Below, piece by piece: positions 38,730 to 43,051 of a stretch of 43,051 nt of DNA (position 1 is its first letter; each line of letters opens with the position of its first letter). This stretch comes from Octopus sinensis (lineage: Eukaryota). The stretch is taken from positions 1 to 43,051 of the forward strand of contig NW_021835050.1 in the NCBI RefSeq assembly GCF_006345805.1, given 5' to 3'. A program made the position numbers and the translations under genes. The notes beneath the pieces were generated by a model. It was not told where the DNA came from. It worked only from the letters and a program-made list of their open reading frames with translations, and did not search any database.

Positions 38730-39215
38730 TAACTAAAAAAATGTATGATAGATTGCAGTCAATTCATTCTCTCTTACCTGTTTGTGCCTTCCAAATGCTG
38801 TTTTTACTGAGATCTCCCTTTTTAGTAGAAGAAATAGCTATAACCTTGACTGCTATTTCTAAATTCGGTATGTGGTAAGGCAACTCGTTGCTAAACCCTT
38901 ATTGCTTAGTATTACTTAAATTTTCCTCGAATGAGGCTTTTACATGCCGAAGACTACTTGGTGTAATTGATAATTTTTCCAAATTAATTAATTTCACCCT
39001 TCATTATTACGGATAACCATATTTTATCTCAGTAGATGACCACAGCATCTTGTTTTGGCTACACGCGGGGGGAAGGGGCTGTTGACACAATCGTTTCATT
39101 CACAAATTGAATTCGGTGATACCAGTTGCGGGTTCTAGCTCGCTCTGATACTGAGTGGAGTTGGTGCCTTCTGGTATCTCAAAATTCAATATATAATCAT
39201 TTATGATTATAGTAT

Positions 39216-39327
39216 TCTACGCTGAAGAGAAAAGAAGTTTCGGTAAGATAGAATTATTTATTATTTAATATTAATATTAATTCGTATGCTTTCCTTAAAA
39301 CTTGATTTCGAAACGTACGTCCGTGGA
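39216..39327 (+). ncRNA. Type I hammerhead ribozyme, family C
   Basis: Same motif, with two 1-bp deletions in the stem II apex. Confidence 0.85.
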
Positions 39328-39810
39328 TAAAAAAAAATGTATGATAGATTGCAGTCAATTCATTCTCTCTTACCTGTTTGTGCCTTCCAAATGCTGTTTT
39401 TACTGAGATCTCCCTTTTTAGTAGAAGAAATAGCTATAACCCTTTGACTGCTATTTCTAAATTCGGTATGTGGTAAGGCAACTCGTTGCTAAACCTTATT
39501 GCTTAGTATTACTTAAATTTTCCTCGAATGAGGCTTTTACATGCCGAAGACTACTTGGTGTAATTGATAATTTTTCCAAATTAATTAATTTCACCCTTCA
39601 TTATTACGGATAACCATATTTTATCTCAGTAGATGACCACAGCATCTTGTTTTGGCTACACGCGGGTGGAAGGGCTTGTTGACACAATCGTTTCATTCAC
39701 AAATTGAATTTGTGATACCAGTTGCGGGTTCTAGCTCGCTCTGATACTGAGTGGAGTTGGTGCCTTCTGGTATCTCAAAATTCAATATATATCATTTATG
39801 ATTATAGTAT

Positions 39811-39924
39811 TCTACGCTGAAGAGAAAAGAAGTTTCGGTAAGATAGAATTATTTATTATTTAATATTTAATATTTAATTCGTATGCTTTCCTTAAAACTT
39901 GATTTCGAAACGTACGTCCGTGGA
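39811..39924 (+). ncRNA. Type I hammerhead ribozyme, family C
   Basis: Same motif. Confidence 0.85.
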
Positions 39925-40103
39925 TAACTAAAAAAATGTATGATAGATTGCAGTCAATTCATTCTCTCTTACCTGTTTGTGCCTTCCAAATGCTGTTTTT
40001 ACTGAGATCTCCCTTTTTAGTAGAAGAAATAGCTATAACCTTGACTGCTATTTCTAAATTCGGTATGTGGTAAGGCAACTCGTTGCTAAACCCTTATTGC
40101 TTA

Positions 40104-40161
<58 letters not shown>

Positions 40162-40685
40162 ATGTATGTGTATGTTATATATGTGTGTATGTGTATATAT
40201 GTGTATATAGGGACTAGTGTGCTGTGTGTGCATGTGTGTATGTGTGTATGTTATATATATTTTTCTGTGTGTATATGTATGTGTGGTCGTGTGTGTATAT
40301 ACATGTTGTATACGTGTATGCATGTGAGTGATGTATGTTGTATATATATATGTGTACGTGTAGATATGTATATGTATGTGAGGTATATATATGTATATGT
40401 GTGTGTGTGTATGTATGTGGTATGTATTATAGTATGTATGTGTGTGTATATATGTATACATATGTGTATAGGTATAAGTGAGAATCTCCTTATTTACCTA
40501 AAACTCTATTTTTATATATATATTTTTTTATTTTTTTATTTATTCTTTTATCTAATTTACCACTGACTCCTTGACCACTCCCCCAAGTATGATATTTTGC
40601 GCTATGCCTACCCCCAAAAAGTCCCCCACCACCACCCCTTTAAACCTGCCTAAATGTATAAATGCCAATACAATTCTTGTTAACT

Positions 40686-40736
40686 AGCTTCCTGAAGATT
40701 TCTCTTGAATGAAACAGTTCTAGTCCTGTAGAAGCT
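40686..40736 (+). ncRNA. Type I hammerhead ribozyme, family D
   Basis: Identical to 9927-9977 and followed by ccttc then (TA)n. Confidence 0.85.
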
Positions 40737-40738
40737 CC

Positions 40739-40773
<35 letters not shown>

Positions 40774-40910
40774 GGTATGTAGAAAAATACAACATGGACA
40801 AGAAGGTATAACTCTTAGAAGACGGTACAATAAACATGGACAAGACATTCGAAACCCTCAGTCTTCAGTCAAGAACCGGATCATCGTAGTAATTTCGGCT
40901 GATTAATCTT

Positions 40911-40978
<68 letters not shown>

Positions 40979-41219
40979 CATATACATACATGCATTTATA
41001 TATACAATATATATACATATATGTGTGTGTAATGTATTGATTCCCCTGAGTCTTAAGCATGTACTTCTGCTGTTCTAAAGTGGTATTTCTTAAATGTATA
41101 TATTATCAAGCGTATCATTGTGACTATTAATATTTCCCACCTTTCAGCCTCACCCCATTCCTAATAATCCTAAGTGAATTCTCAAGTACAAATAAATATA
41201 AATCGAATGTTTTATCTAC

Positions 41220-41267
<48 letters not shown>

Positions 41268-41317
41268 TACATATATATATATATATATTATTATATATAT
41301 ACATATATAATATATAT

Positions 41318-41348
<31 letters not shown>

Positions 41349-41383
41349 TATATATAATATATTATATATATATATATAGATAT

Positions 41384-41450
<67 letters not shown>

Positions 41451-41509
41451 GTCGTTTCTTCTGTGCAACTTTTTACTCTAATGATATATGTATATAATAA
41501 TATATATAC

Positions 41510-41540
<31 letters not shown>

Positions 41541-41804
41541 ATATGTGTGTATATATATATATATATAATATATATATATATAAGATTTTCTACTTCTCAA
41601 TATGTCGGATTGTTTCCAAGATTTACCATCGCTTTCTATTTACTGGTTGAGTTTATTATTTTCTTTTTCTGTTTTTCATCATTCATATTATTGTCTACAA
41701 ACACACTCGGGCGCGCACACACAGGCGGATATATACATATATGCGTGCTTACTGTATGTATGTATGTATGTATGTATGTATGTATGTATGTTATACGTGT
41801 GTTT

Positions 41805-41968
41805 GAAGAGCCGAGCCGACATATTCGTTAGCACGCCGGACAAAAAGCTTAGCGGCATTTCTTCCCTTCGAGGCTCTTCCCTTTCTGAGTTCATATCCCT
41901 TCGAGGTCGATAAGATAAAGTACTAGTCAAATATTGGACCCTCCCTTCAAAACTGTTGGCCTGAAACC
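41805..41968 (+). mobile_element. Diverged SINE related to the 23783 array
   Basis: gttagcacgccggacaaaaagcttagcggcattt...ttctgagttca...aggtcgataagataaagtac. Confidence 0.7.
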
Positions 41969-42070
41969 GTACAACAGACCGGCATTATGATCTTGACCAC
42001 TTAAAAGCCATCAAAACTGGGTAGCTGGTACTATAAGCCCTTGGACTTGATAAAAAATAAAAGAAAACCA

Positions 42071-42437
42071 GGCGCAGGGGTTACTGTGTGGTGCCAAGTT
42101 CAATCCTATTGTATGGAAAGTGTCTTCTACAATAGCCTCGGGCTGACCAAAGCCTTGGGAGTGGATTTGGTAGACGGAAACTGAAAGAACCCCGTCGTAT
42201 ATATGTATACATATGTATGTGTGTGTGCCTTTGTGTCTATGATTGCCACCCCACCACCATTTGAAACCCGGTGTTGGTGTGTTTACGTCCCCATAACTTA
42301 GCGGTTCGTTAAATGAGACCAACAGAATAAGTACTAAGCTTTAAAAATAAGTACTGGACTCGATTCATTCGCCTAAAAATTCAAGGTGTTGCTCCAGCCC
42401 GGCCGCATCTATTGACTGAAACAAGTAAAAGATAAAA
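42071..42437 (+). mobile_element. SINE family 1 with an internal deletion in the head
   Basis: Colinear with 25090-25502. Confidence 0.88.
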
Positions 42438-42470
42438 AATATATGTGTGTTCATATTTATATATTCTAAA

Positions 42471-42780
42471 ACTGGTACTCCGTCGGTTACGACGATGTGG
42501 GCTCCAGTTGATCCGATCAATGGAAGAGCCCGTTCATGAAATTAACACACAAGGGGTTGAGGACTCCATGGATATGCGTACCTTTATGCAGTTCTGAAGA
42601 ATATTCAGCGAAATACAGAATGTGACAAGGCTAGCCACTTTGTAATTACAGAAACAAAACATTTTGGCCATTTGAGTGAACTGGACGAATGTGAAAGAAA
42701 GTGACTTGCCCAGGGGAATCGAATACACAACCTTACGATCGTGGGCCGAATTGCCTAACCAGGAAGTCACGGGCCTTCAC
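42471..42780 (-). mobile_element. Diverged SINE related to the family 2 head
   Basis: The right end gggaatcgaatacacaaccttacgatcgtgggccgaattgcctaacc is a reverse-complement tRNA-like head. The left part resembles a recalled octopus SINE tail. Confidence 0.65.
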
Positions 42781-43010
42781 TGGCTATAAGGCGACAGAGT
42801 GCAACGGCGATTCTGTAAACTAAGGTTTCAGTGACCCGATGGGGAGCTCTATTAGTTCTATAAAAATATTTTAGAAGTTCTTACTATCCACGTATCAGCC
42901 AGTTCACTCTAATCTGTGAATTATCATACAAACTCTACAATAGAGAAAGGGGAAAATATGAGTGTCTTCTGTATTACTAATCTGTAAAATTTCTCTTTAG
43001 AAAGCTTTTG

Positions 43011-43051
<41 letters not shown>

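Larger units (their letters stand above)
37499..40106 (+). repeat. Tandem array of ~600-bp HHR-containing units (4.3 copies) with a short inverted 5' piece (retrozyme-like)
   Basis: Units start at 37541, 38142, 38745, 39341 and 39940. 37499-37541 is the reverse complement of two internal segments. Both ends abut (TA)n. Confidence 0.95.
36943..40741 (+). mobile_element. Second copy of the PLE-2 pseudo-LTR/3' region, interrupted by the 600-bp array
   Basis: 36943-37490 and 40110-40741 are colinear with the reverse complement of 5082-6240. A short inverted piece of it lies at 33556-33700. Confidence 0.85.

Noticed and set aside
33708-40106. CRISPR-like or centromeric satellite interpretation of the arrays
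   Set aside because: There are no unique spacers or cas genes. The low copy number, ribozymes and inverted ends fit retro-mobilised units better.

Overview
This is repeat-saturated, AT-rich animal DNA with no convincing host protein-coding gene. The tRNA-derived SINE families and microsatellite density look like an octopus genome (recalled, not database-checked). Nearly all ORFs in the track are translated microsatellites. The real content is: (i) a young Penelope-like retroelement (PLE) at 26331-29552 with RT, GIY-YIG endonuclease and ~635-bp direct pseudo-LTRs; (ii) a second, 5'-truncated PLE in a 4.9-kb inverted-repeat structure (5082-9982); (iii) two non-coding tandem arrays, with ~480-bp units in a head-to-head palindrome (33708-36942) and ~600-bp units (37499-40106), where every full unit carries a type I hammerhead ribozyme (HHR) fold, i.e. 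retrozyme-like elements; (iv) five distinct HHR sequence families in total (18 copies counting degenerate ones), whose elements mostly end in (TA)n tracts; (v) a non-autonomous Crypton-like tyrosine-recombinase element (13258-14282) with a 144-bp hairpin that is extended when its two ends are joined; (vi) many SINEs and simple repeats. All folds and alignments were done by eye and need computational and biochemical confirmation. Scattered single-base indels suggest long-read consensus errors.
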